In this document: in pieces, positions 1-8,759 of the stretch
Position numbering within the stretch: the first letter of the stretch is position 1
Layout: every line of letters starts with the position of its first letter
DNA from: Candidatus Bathyarchaeia archaeon
GTDB taxonomy: Archaea; Thermoproteota; Bathyarchaeia; Bathyarchaeales; Bathycorpusculaceae
DNA length: 21,403 bases
Direction of reading: 5' to 3'
Assembly (NCBI GenBank): GCA_038883795.1
Contig: JAVZLK010000027.1
Span: forward strand, 1 to 21,403
Translations under genes and position numbers: made by a program
The notes under the pieces: generated by a model
Databases searched by the model: none
Seen by the model: only the letters and a program-made list of their open reading frames with translations
Told to the model about the DNA's origin: nothing

Positions 1-531
1 TGAGGAAACTGCTAACCTTCAGCATAAACCCATAGTAGTCATCTTTTTTAAAGGCATTTCTAATTGCGCTATCCCATAATGGGAAGAAGTTTGGACAAAG
101 TATGTTTAAAGTTTTCCCAGCAGCCGTTGGTCCCAAGTTTTCCTCAAATTTACCGTAAATCTCCTTAATTTCTTTCTCAAATTGTGCTACATTAACTTTC
201 ACTAAGCTTTCTTTCCTAAAATTATTAAGCATTGAAGAGTATTCTCTAATGAGGTCTTTAAGCTTCTTCTCCCAGTCCTTATACTCTCGTCTACCTAAAA
301 CAAGTCCCATCCCCCATTTAATTAAGAACGGCTTTATGATGCCCTCCACGTCTTGTTTTGTAATACCCTCAGATCTATTCTCTGCATCTGCGCTACGGTA
401 TCCTCATAAACCCTTTCAACATCAGAAGTTTTGGCATAATCTTCAAAATGTTTAACATACGCCTCAATCACATTAGATTTCACCTTTTCATCTAACATTT
501 CTTCAAACCACCACCACAGCCTTCTGCTCAT
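1..531 (-). pseudogene. Frameshifted gene (or sequencing indel) for an HhH-like hypothetical protein, running off the left edge
   Basis: ORF 334..531 stops early, but a second minus-strand frame is open from about 400 to base 1: EGITKQDVEGIIKPFLIKWGMG...FEENLGPTAAGKTLNILCPNFFPLWDSAIRNAF. One missing base at about 370 (ATA GAT CT- GAG GGT) would fuse the frames. G-P-T-x-x-x-K...P-L-W-D resembles the HhH/GPD motif pair. Confidence 0.6.
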
Positions 532-608
532 AACTTTGGCTTAATATAACTTTACATTAACTGTCTATAATACTTGCCAGAACTTCTTAATATAGTAAAG
601 GAATTTAT

Positions 609-855
609 GGAAAGAATAAGCATAAAGGCTACACTAGACGAGAGGAGTTCATATGCCAAGCCACGCGCTTCTTCCTAAAATGGGAGTCAGGAGAATACGA
701 ATACATAGAAATCCCTAAAGAAAAATACGAAAAGCTGAACAAGGCAGTGAAAGAAATGAGAATGCCTTATTATAATGCGATGGAGTTTATTGAAGATCAA
801 ATAGACCCTCGAACAATACGAAAAATTCATCGAAGAAAAAGAAGAAAGAGAATAG
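609..855 (+). pseudogene. Degenerate gene remnant, possibly of an RHH-containing protein
   Basis: A purine-rich, coding-like frame with no start codon reads GYTRREEFICQATRFFLKWESGEYEYIEIPKEKYEKLNKAVKEMRMPYYNAMEFIEDQID. After a shift at about 807 it continues LEQYEKFIEEKEERE-stop (853-855). GYTxxEEFIxxA resembles RHH helix B. Confidence 0.35.
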
Positions 856-860
856 ACTTT

Positions 861-1355
861 TCATTCTTTACTGATTTTTTTAATAATATTTTCTAGGTCA
901 TCAGGATTTATTACAAAGACATTGGAAGCCCCGTGCAATATGCTAAACGCCTTACTTGCTTTGATGGACCTTTTCACGAGGTTCTCAACATTTTTTGTAA
1001 TTATAAATCCATAGTCGCAAAGGCGGGATAAGTTGGAGATATCTCCTAAAATGTATTTTGTCTGTCTATCCGTTAGTTCCAGTTCAAATCCAATAACAAT
1101 TTCCTTCTCTACATCCTTGTAAGGATCTAAAACACCTTGCCCCATAAACATGTTCAAAAATTTTACAAATTTTGGACTAGACCGCTTAAACCAAACAATA
1201 TCAATGCGGGGTATATAAAAATCCTTTTTTGATTTCTTTTTGAGCGTCGAAGGTGTCCATTCTTCTTCAACCTCAAAACCCATAATTATCCCAAGACGCT
1301 TGATTTTCTCCTTAACTTTGACCTCAAAGAGGGAATCAGCAACCATACTTCTCAC
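861..1355 (-). CDS. PD-(D/E)xK superfamily (restriction-endonuclease-like) nuclease
   Basis: 164 aa with GFEVEEEW...PRIDIVW...IGFELE motif order (E..D..ExE variant), followed by KYILGDISNL and a GFII strand. Confidence 0.65.
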   Translation of the reverse strand: MRSMVADSLFEVKVKEKIKRLGIIMGFEVEEEWTPSTLKKKSKKDFYIPRIDIVWFKRSSPKFVKFLNMFMGQGVLDPYKDVEKEIVIGFELELTDRQTKYILGDISNLSRLCDYGFIITKNVENLVKRSIKASKAFSILHGASNVFVINPDDLENIIKKISKE

Positions 1356-1513
1356 TTACACTAGGTTATAGAAAGACGTTAATGAAAGTTTTCCACTCAC
1401 TCTTTATACGAGCATTTTTGCTTAATTAGAAATTTTATTAAGTTCCCCTCATTTGAATTCTGAAGAAGTAAATCTTTTATTACAACTGTGAGTTTTTACA
1501 TTAATGATGCCCC

Positions 1514-2752
1514 TTGCAGGGTAAACAATCAGTTGTTAAGGATTTTCAGACAAAATTTCTCGATTGTTTATCTGATATAGCTTTAAGTCAGTTTTACTCA
1601 GCGTTACAGTCAAGAGACCACATATATTTTATAGTTGACACGGAGGCTCATGATAGTTCTGTATTTGAAGGATATATTGTAAACTTCATTAACTCAAAAA
1701 TTGGAAGGCCATATGTTTTAAGTTACGAAAAAATAGGGAAGGAAACATCATTCGCTAATACTGTCCTCCCATTAATATTCTTAAGGTCGGATTTTAGTGC
1801 TAAAATTGCGGAAAAATGCGGAGACGAAAAAATCACCGTGATTTTGAGGTCATGTATAAAAGGGTCAGGTCATTTATTTTACATTGCAAAAAAGTTTCTT
1901 GAATGCAGGAACTGCTCTCCGACGGAGAGGAGGAAACTAGGACTTGATTATGATCTATCAGATGATGATAATGCCATAGATTTTTTCGAGGAATGCTTGC
2001 GATTATACGAGAAAGCGTATGGCGAAAGACCGGCATTTATCTTTAAGGAGCTAAACCCCAATTTGAGAATTATGAGTTTGAATAGTACTTTAAGTTTTTT
2101 CAAAAGAATAGAAAGACTCCCAACGGTATTTTTCCTGATTATACCGAAACAGTCGGAGTATTGCATAATGCCTTTATGGGATAAGTTTCCGTATATAAAA
2201 TTGAACAAAATTAAACATGATGAAGTAGCAAGACTGATAAAAAGCACGATAAACGATGAATTTGCCTTTACCGACAGAGGTCTTCAATTATTCTGTAGAA
2301 AGATGCGTTCTCTTTACGGAAACGAAATACCATCAACACCCTTAATCACAGCTTTAACTGACTTATTCAGCTTTAAAAAAGCAAATAACTTGAATAAGCT
2401 TGATGTTGATGTTATTTTAAAATTTTTCTCCGTTTCTTTTGTCAAGATAAGACGACCCGTTCCAAGGCCACCTTCAAAATGCAAATCTCCGTATTTTGGA
2501 TCAGAGGTAGAGCGATTAACCAATGAATGTATTAGACTAAAATTAGACCCGCATACGGCGTTGCCGTTTCCATTTCGTTACGTGTTGTGGCATATCAAAA
2601 GAGGAAATATAGAATACAATAAAGAAGGAGACTTTTTTATATCTCGCAGATACATAGGATTAGAATTCAAAAAACTTACAAAAGTTTTGAGTAAACTTGG
2701 CTATAAATATAAGACTGGGACGGGGAAATGGGTTTTCTCTCCAAATACATAA
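1514..2752 (+). CDS. Hypothetical protein, probable inactivated AAA+ ATPase-like domain with basic C-terminal region
   Basis: 412-aa ORF heading the 1514-5970 co-directional cluster. No Walker A. PAFIFKE, YIKLNKIKHDEVARLI and FAFTDRGL occur in the same order as Walker B, the post-arginine-finger strand/helix and the YPFTEEAI/FPFTDDAI segments of the two neighbouring ATPases. TTG start uncertain. Confidence 0.5.
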   Translation: MQGKQSVVKDFQTKFLDCLSDIALSQFYSALQSRDHIYFIVDTEAHDSSVFEGYIVNFINSKIGRPYVLSYEKIGKETSFANTVLPLIFLRSDFSAKIAEKCGDEKITVILRSCIKGSGHLFYIAKKFLECRNCSPTERRKLGLDYDLSDDDNAIDFFEECLRLYEKAYGERPAFIFKELNPNLRIMSLNSTLSFFKRIERLPTVFFLIIPKQSEYCIMPLWDKFPYIKLNKIKHDEVARLIKSTINDEFAFTDRGLQLFCRKMRSLYGNEIPSTPLITALTDLFSFKKANNLNKLDVDVILKFFSVSFVKIRRPVPRPPSKCKSPYFGSEVERLTNECIRLKLDPHTALPFPFRYVLWHIKRGNIEYNKEGDFFISRRYIGLEFKKLTKVLSKLGYKYKTGTGKWVFSPNT

Positions 2753-2815
2753 AATTCGGTTCTAAATTGTAAGAGATTCTGAATTTTGCTTCCAAAAAAT
2801 TAATCTTGTATCATC

Positions 2816-4312
2816 GTGTCTTATATAACGAGGTTTATGGAATCTATAAAGGGGAAATTTTCTCCTGCGATATACATTAAATCCACAAAAGAACTTATAA
2901 TTGATCCAAGAGCTGTTCATGGAAGAAACATTATCTTATGCCAGTCTGAGGAAAAAATCGATAGAGATTCTTTAATTTTCTTAGGTAAAGTCCTGGATCA
3001 TACCCCAGTAGTCGATTTTTTTGGATATAATGTTTGGTTGGATGTTAGCTACCCCTATGTCATTATGGTACCTGGAAGAAGGGGTACCGGAAAGAGTTAT
3101 ACTTTGGGGGTTATAGCTGAAGGATTGGCGCTTACAAAGCATAAATCTCCGGTAACGACTAAATCTAAGAGTCACTGCGTTGTTATAATAGATACGTTAG
3201 GGCAGTTTTGGCAAATGAAATATAAACCCACTCCAAACGATGAGGAAGGAAAAAGACAACTGGAGTTATTAAAATCATGGGATTTAGAACCCACCGCAAT
3301 TGATAATGTACAAGTGTTTGTGCCACGAGGAACCAAACTGATGGATAGTTGGAAAGAATTGTCAATAAACTTTTCCGAAGTAGAGGTCTCGGAATTAGCT
3401 GGGCTTTTAGATGTCGACCTATATCAAGACCGAATGGGACAACTTCTTTTACACGTATACACTAAAACTAAAGAAGAGGGATATTATAGCGCTATAATAT
3501 CTGAACAAACGGGTGAACCAATAAAAAAGGAATTCGTACCGCCTAAACATAACATTGATATCGATTCATTAATAAAATGCATAGATAGCGATTATGATGT
3601 CCTTTCTAGATCTTCTGGATTTGAAATCCAAACGCGTAGGGCTTTAAAAAGTCGTTTAATGGCTATGCGTAAATGGAAAGTATTCGCTGAGAAGGGTACA
3701 CCTATTTCTGAAATATGTAAAGAAGGAATGGTTTCGATCATAAACTTGGAAGGTGTTGATGAAGATCTCAGGAATTTGATTGTAGCTGTTCTCGTAAGGA
3801 AAATTTTCCAAGCCAGAGAGATTACCCGAAAAATGGAAAAACTTTCTGAAGCAAAAGGAGAGCAAATTTCAAGAGATGCGAACGTAAGAATCCCCCCGGT
3901 TTGGTTAATCATAGACGAAGCGCATGAATATTGTCCCGCCACTGGTCGAACCGCTGCAAAGGAACCTTTGATTCGTTTTGCGAAAGAGGGAAGGAGTTTG
4001 GGTTTAGGGTTAGTAATGGCAACACAACAACCGTCTGCTCTTTCTCCCAAAATATCGTCACAAGTAGAAATAATCATAGGTCATGCTTTGGCGTTTTCGC
4101 GTGATATTGAGGCCTTTGAGGATAGGCTAGTTAATATAAAGGTTGATGAATATCAGGGAAAAAGTAGAACTCTGACTTTCGCTGAGCAAATCAGATTGCT
4201 TCCGCCAGGAACAGCTATTGTATCAGCGATGAACGTATCCTCAACTTTCTTGATGACCCTTCGTCCAAGATTAACATTACATGGTGGAAAAGCGCCAAAG
4301 ATGGTTTATTAA
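2816..4312 (+). CDS. HerA/FtsK-superfamily ATPase (DUF87/DUF853-like)
   Basis: Walker A GRRGTGKS, IIDTLGQF, Walker B LIIDEAHEY and the HerA-type KEGRSLGLGLVMATQQPS motif. Confidence 0.9.
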   Translation: MSYITRFMESIKGKFSPAIYIKSTKELIIDPRAVHGRNIILCQSEEKIDRDSLIFLGKVLDHTPVVDFFGYNVWLDVSYPYVIMVPGRRGTGKSYTLGVIAEGLALTKHKSPVTTKSKSHCVVIIDTLGQFWQMKYKPTPNDEEGKRQLELLKSWDLEPTAIDNVQVFVPRGTKLMDSWKELSINFSEVEVSELAGLLDVDLYQDRMGQLLLHVYTKTKEEGYYSAIISEQTGEPIKKEFVPPKHNIDIDSLIKCIDSDYDVLSRSSGFEIQTRRALKSRLMAMRKWKVFAEKGTPISEICKEGMVSIINLEGVDEDLRNLIVAVLVRKIFQAREITRKMEKLSEAKGEQISRDANVRIPPVWLIIDEAHEYCPATGRTAAKEPLIRFAKEGRSLGLGLVMATQQPSALSPKISSQVEIIIGHALAFSRDIEAFEDRLVNIKVDEYQGKSRTLTFAEQIRLLPPGTAIVSAMNVSSTFLMTLRPRLTLHGGKAPKMVY

Positions 4313-4784
4313 ATTGCCCGCTCCAATAATTTATCCCGACCAAATTCTAATTTGGACAGATGATATTCCCCGTCGTTTTGCCGACCTCCTCAGGACATCT
4401 CAACCGACTAATGTGTATATTTCTTCACCATGGATATCCGAATTTCCTAACAGTGCAATAGACTTACGCAAATTATTAATTCAGAAAAATGCAAGCACCA
4501 TAATTCTTACTAGACCGCCCAGAACAGAGGTCGCTAAACGTTTTTTGGAGGATTTAAAAAGGGATACCCGTACAAGAATTTATGTAAACAATAAATTGCA
4601 CGCAAAAATATACATAATTGAAGGCCCCAAGCATAAGTATGTCGTAATCGGATCTTCAAATTTTACTCAAGAATCTAGATTTAACTTAGAATTAGCGGTA
4701 GTTTTCGTAGGAAGTGATATTTTAACAAAAAGAGTAATATATGCATTCCTTGCTTACTTAAAACCAGTATGTAAACTGTGGTGA
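4281..4784 (+). CDS. Phospholipase D-family (single HKD) nuclease, DpdK/Nuc-like
   Basis: ISSPWI, LHAKIYIIE, IGSSNFT and NLE motifs. The real start may be the in-frame TTG at 4314, just after the HerA stop. Confidence 0.85.
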   Translation: MVEKRQRWFIKLPAPIIYPDQILIWTDDIPRRFADLLRTSQPTNVYISSPWISEFPNSAIDLRKLLIQKNASTIILTRPPRTEVAKRFLEDLKRDTRTRIYVNNKLHAKIYIIEGPKHKYVVIGSSNFTQESRFNLELAVVFVGSDILTKRVIYAFLAYLKPVCKLW

Positions 4785-4791
4785 ATTCCAA

Positions 4792-5970
4792 GTGAAAGCC
4801 TCTGATTATGGTTTAAAGCGCCCCTCATTTCAACTTGATCCGGAATTAGATGCAGAAATTTTTGTTGGACGTGACGATGTTAAGGATCGTTTAGAAAATA
4901 GGTTGAGACGTGCTATTGCAACCGGGACAAGTTTGCACACTGTAATATATGGTGACTACGGATCGGGGAAAACACACACACTAAATTATGTTTATAAATT
5001 CTTGCATCAGCAAAAACTTAATGTCATACCCATATTTGTTCGATCACCTCGGATAACAAAAAAGTCTGATCCATCGCACTTATATGCAAGTATAATTAAC
5101 GCGTTATCCATGACGGAAATCTTTGATCTTTTTGTCAAGATATACGATTCTGTTCAAGATAGAATAAAAGATATACCCGACCTATATAAACGGGTTGATA
5201 TATTGCGCTCTCAAATAGGAAATCGAGATCTGGCTTTTGTTGTGTATAGATACGTTACTACACGACCAACAGAAGACTATCTGGTTGTAAAATGGCTATC
5301 TGGAGAAAAACTTTCAGCCAGGGAAAAGGCAACATTAAACGTAATTTCGGATAACTCAGACCCATTTAATGCAGCACAGACGCTTTTAACCCTTTTCAGA
5401 CTATTTAGTAAATTTGCTGGAAAATATGTGTTATTAATGTTGGATGAAATGGAGTCTATTGCAGTTTTAGGCGACCGCCGAAAAGAGCTTGAGTTCCAAG
5501 AGTTCCTACGAATTTTAGTGGACGAAACTAGAAATGTAGGCGTCTTTATAGCATTTACAACGAAGTTAGGGTTGGAAGACGCACCAGAAATATTTAAATC
5601 CACATCGCCGGTTGGAAGCAGAATAGGATACCCGCAAAACTATATATGGTTAAAAGAATTTAACGAAATAGACCTTACCAAAAACTTTGTTAGAGAACTA
5701 ATTAAATCTCTCCGCGACGATAGAATTGACGTTTCCAAATTGGTTAAAAAATATCAAACCGAAACGACAGAAACTCTTAATGTTGATTTTTACCCCTTTA
5801 CCGAAGAGGCTATCGAAGTGATGTTTGAAATGTCCACACAAAGCGGACAAGTTAAACCACTTTTACCTAGAGATATCCAAAAAGCATTGACGGACGCCTT
5901 AGGAGATGCAATGATTCAGAATAAACCATTTGTCGATTCAGAAATTATGACTCGAATAATGTCAACCTAA
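4792..5970 (+). CDS. AAA+ ATPase, BrxD/DUF2791/DpdH-like (paralog 1)
   Basis: FVGRD, Walker A GDYGSGKTHTL, KWLSGE, Walker B LLMLDEME, GSRI, YPFTEEAI, PRDI. Confidence 0.85.
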   Translation: MKASDYGLKRPSFQLDPELDAEIFVGRDDVKDRLENRLRRAIATGTSLHTVIYGDYGSGKTHTLNYVYKFLHQQKLNVIPIFVRSPRITKKSDPSHLYASIINALSMTEIFDLFVKIYDSVQDRIKDIPDLYKRVDILRSQIGNRDLAFVVYRYVTTRPTEDYLVVKWLSGEKLSAREKATLNVISDNSDPFNAAQTLLTLFRLFSKFAGKYVLLMLDEMESIAVLGDRRKELEFQEFLRILVDETRNVGVFIAFTTKLGLEDAPEIFKSTSPVGSRIGYPQNYIWLKEFNEIDLTKNFVRELIKSLRDDRIDVSKLVKKYQTETTETLNVDFYPFTEEAIEVMFEMSTQSGQVKPLLPRDIQKALTDALGDAMIQNKPFVDSEIMTRIMST

Positions 5971-5977
5971 ATTTAGT

Positions 5978-7099
5978 TTAGGCATGTATATACCTTCGGC
6001 CAGGAACGGTAAGCGAATATTTCAGTCCCTTGGATTTAGCTAACCTTTTCACGAATTCCTCATAAGTTTCAAAATCTAAACAACTATAGCTGTTTAAGGC
6101 AAATGCCGCGCACGCCAAAAATACACTCTCATATGGAATAAGGATTAGCCCTATTGATCTAAAAAAATTTAGCACACGGAAGAAAATTTTATCGAATTCT
6201 TCTTCTGATATTTCAGCCAAACCACTATTAAACGATTTTGAAAGCAAGATTGACCATTTTCTTTCTTTTTCGTCTAGCAAAAGTCTCAAATGCTTATCGT
6301 CAGAATCTAAAAATGCTACCTGCAACTTTCTTCCAATATCACTTAATGAGTAACCCGAGTCATTTTTCTTTAGTACTCCCACATCAAGTAAGAAATTTAG
6401 TCGTGGTTCTACCTGCATTTCCTTATGCAAAATTGAAGCTTGCCCATCTACGCTTTTTCTTTTAAACCTCGCGCTTTCTGCTAAATATAGGCTTTTTAGA
6501 GATGAAATGGTTTCTATTTTTGCTTTCCTCTCAAACCATTGGACAACCTTTTCGAAATACTCTCCAACTAGTTCAGATCTCGTTTTGGTTGAGTTGTCAA
6601 AACAACATAATAAAGGAACTATACCGTCAATGTCGGAATACAATAAAGAATCGCAAAAAATTAACCTTTCACCTAAAGAGAGACGTGCAATCAATCCCTT
6701 TGTTTTGAACAAGGTTTCCCGCATCTGGACATCAAGAGATATAGCCCTCCCCTCTGGTGTTGTGTATAAGGCAGATAATATTTGGCCATATGTATCCCAT
6801 GTATTAATGTCTCTTCTAATAAAGTGTAAATTTTGAGCTAATGAAACATGGTTGATCGCTATAAAATCTTCAGAAGCTGGTAAATCTTCTCTTCCTATGC
6901 CTTTCCCTGCTACTTTTTCCCCCGTTTCAGGATCGATGTTCCACTTTTCTTTGTCTCTGTAAGTCTTTACAATTGTCTTATATTTACTGACTAATTGTTG
7001 CGTATATGTAAAGGATGATGGATAGGTAAGGAAAACTATAACTTTTATAAAACCCAATCTCCGTAGATCAGAACTTAAATTTAAATTCCCTCGGATCAA
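5978..7099 (-). CDS. Hypothetical protein with probable winged-helix domains
   Basis: 373-aa ORF. Segments HVSLAQNLHFI..NTWDTYG and EPRLNFLLDVGVLKKNDSGYSLSDIG match the wHTH recognition helix + wing pattern. Confidence 0.55.
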   Translation of the reverse strand: MIRGNLNLSSDLRRLGFIKVIVFLTYPSSFTYTQQLVSKYKTIVKTYRDKEKWNIDPETGEKVAGKGIGREDLPASEDFIAINHVSLAQNLHFIRRDINTWDTYGQILSALYTTPEGRAISLDVQMRETLFKTKGLIARLSLGERLIFCDSLLYSDIDGIVPLLCCFDNSTKTRSELVGEYFEKVVQWFERKAKIETISSLKSLYLAESARFKRKSVDGQASILHKEMQVEPRLNFLLDVGVLKKNDSGYSLSDIGRKLQVAFLDSDDKHLRLLLDEKERKWSILLSKSFNSGLAEISEEEFDKIFFRVLNFFRSIGLILIPYESVFLACAAFALNSYSCLDFETYEEFVKRLAKSKGLKYSLTVPGRRYIHA

Positions 7100-7164
7100 T
7101 TTGCCACCACTATACGTTTCTTTATATTATAATTTATAAACCCTTTTAGATTAGTGAATGGAGG

Positions 7165-7704
7165 CTATTTGTCCCTTTGTGAAAGTATTTCTTCCAATCT
7201 CCTTTTCCTTAATTCGTTGAAAAACCTCCTTGCATCGCTTGGTAGCACAGTTACAACCGGTTTATCTTCTTTCCCTTTCGCCACTTTAACTTTCTCTGCG
7301 AGTTTTTTCTTTTCAGCATTAAAGCTAAAGACGAACTCTTTATTACATGAAGTTTCTTTAAGACAACCTAATCCATTTACGTTAATCTTTATAGCATGTG
7401 ACCCGCTGCCAATATCTTTTAAATTGATTGTATATTCCACTGGGAAAATAGTTTCCTTATTACTGCAGTGAACAATCGGATAAAATGACTTTTTGAGTTC
7501 CCCGTCAAAGTACATGTCAACTCTAATACGTACAAATTTTTCCCTTGAAGATGGTATCTTTATCCCAAATGTAAAAATTAAATTGTTAGCCCAAACTCTT
7601 ACCGCTGGACTAGTTATGATTAATCTTTTAACAACCATCTTTCTCACTAACTTAGAAAGGAATTTAGTTTTAAATGCTTTTACTCGCCAAAACAACATAC
7701 TCAT
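7165..7704 (-). CDS. Hypothetical protein, beta-strand rich (possibly Ig-like)
   Basis: 179-aa ORF co-directional with its neighbours; alternating hydrophobic strands (VDMYFDGEL; INLKDIGSGSHAIKINV). Start uncertain. Confidence 0.5.
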   Translation of the reverse strand: MSMLFWRVKAFKTKFLSKLVRKMVVKRLIITSPAVRVWANNLIFTFGIKIPSSREKFVRIRVDMYFDGELKKSFYPIVHCSNKETIFPVEYTINLKDIGSGSHAIKINVNGLGCLKETSCNKEFVFSFNAEKKKLAEKVKVAKGKEDKPVVTVLPSDARRFFNELRKRRLEEILSQRDK

Positions 7705-7785
7705 TATCTAAAACGAGATAAAGAAAAACTTGCAAAGAGACTACGTTGTTCTATTTGGGACGTTAAGCATTCCACATCCTCTTTT

Positions 7786-8754
7786 TTAATATTTGTTGTT
7801 TAATGGCCAGACTAGTATGTCCCATTCTTTACCAGGCGTTGTTTTTTCGCCTTTGAACATGAAATTTGTTATTTTTGGGCATACTGGTTTGAAGAAGCAG
7901 TTTGGTTGGCATTTTTTGCGTCTGCAGTTTCTGCCAGTTTTCCATATTGGTTCGTCCATTTCTAGTGGTAGTGTTTGCGTGTTTTCAGCTACCAACATCC
8001 AAGCATAATTGAATGGTTCGTTTAGTTCTGTGAAGGATCCTTCAAAATGTCCTTCTACTACCTTTACGAGTCCTAGGGCTATTCCTGCGCTGATGATATT
8101 TTTGTCTATTGGCATTGGAATCTCTGCCAGCTCATGTCTTTTGAAGTTCCACATTCCATTTCCAAGTTCGATTTCTTCACTTTCACACATGGTTCTAAAC
8201 CATAGTTTGATTACTTTATCTCCGTTTGGCAGCCCATTGTATTTTTGATCCTTAAGCCAATTTAGAAAGTCTTTGGCGCTTCGAGTCTTTGAAGAATTCA
8301 GATAGATGTCTAAAATTTTCCGAGGGTCGCCGTCGACTGTTTCCAATAAGTATCTTGCCGATTTATATACGCGAAGCGCCATTTTCTCAGGCGAGGCAGG
8401 CGCACGGTAAATGCCCCTAAAATGTTCCTTGAAAATGGAAACGATACGTTCAGGACCTTTTTTGACCAAATTTTTCGGATACAACTCCTCAAGGTGATTT
8501 TCAAAAAGCTTTCTTGAAGCAGACCATAAGTCATCAGCTATTGTCTTCAAATTGTAATCAATCAAACACGTATATGTCAGGTACAAAGCGTGTTCCAAAC
8601 TGTTCCATTCAACTCCTCTAGGAAGAATATGTTCGGGCCCACAAGCCAAACGCAGAAAATCCTTTTTATGTAAAAGGATACGCTGTGAAACCTTCTCTAT
8701 TTGCTGTAGATCAGCTTCGATGCAAAAAGAACCAATCCAGAAACGTTTAGCCAT
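7786..8754 (-). CDS. HhH-GPD superfamily DNA glycosylase-like protein with C-terminal 4-Cys (Fe-S) motif
   Basis: HhH-like GLPNGDKVIKLW, GPD-like IPMPIDKNI..LGLV, DEPIWKTG and CRRKKCQPNCFFKPVC. Starts 5 bp after the dpdA stop. Confidence 0.7.
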   Translation of the reverse strand: MAKRFWIGSFCIEADLQQIEKVSQRILLHKKDFLRLACGPEHILPRGVEWNSLEHALYLTYTCLIDYNLKTIADDLWSASRKLFENHLEELYPKNLVKKGPERIVSIFKEHFRGIYRAPASPEKMALRVYKSARYLLETVDGDPRKILDIYLNSSKTRSAKDFLNWLKDQKYNGLPNGDKVIKLWFRTMCESEEIELGNGMWNFKRHELAEIPMPIDKNIISAGIALGLVKVVEGHFEGSFTELNEPFNYAWMLVAENTQTLPLEMDEPIWKTGRNCRRKKCQPNCFFKPVCPKITNFMFKGEKTTPGKEWDILVWPLNNKY

Positions 8755-8759
8755 TCACA

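Noticed and set aside
4281-5970. Assigning dpdK/dpdH or brxD symbols
   Set aside because: Only superfamily-level motifs are visible; orthology cannot be established by eye.
7705-7770. Upstream in-frame ATG (7770) with two TAG codons before ORF 7165..7704, suggesting amber readthrough
   Set aside because: Other genes here appear to end at TAG, no pyl genes are visible, and the extension is only 22 codons; chance is sufficient.
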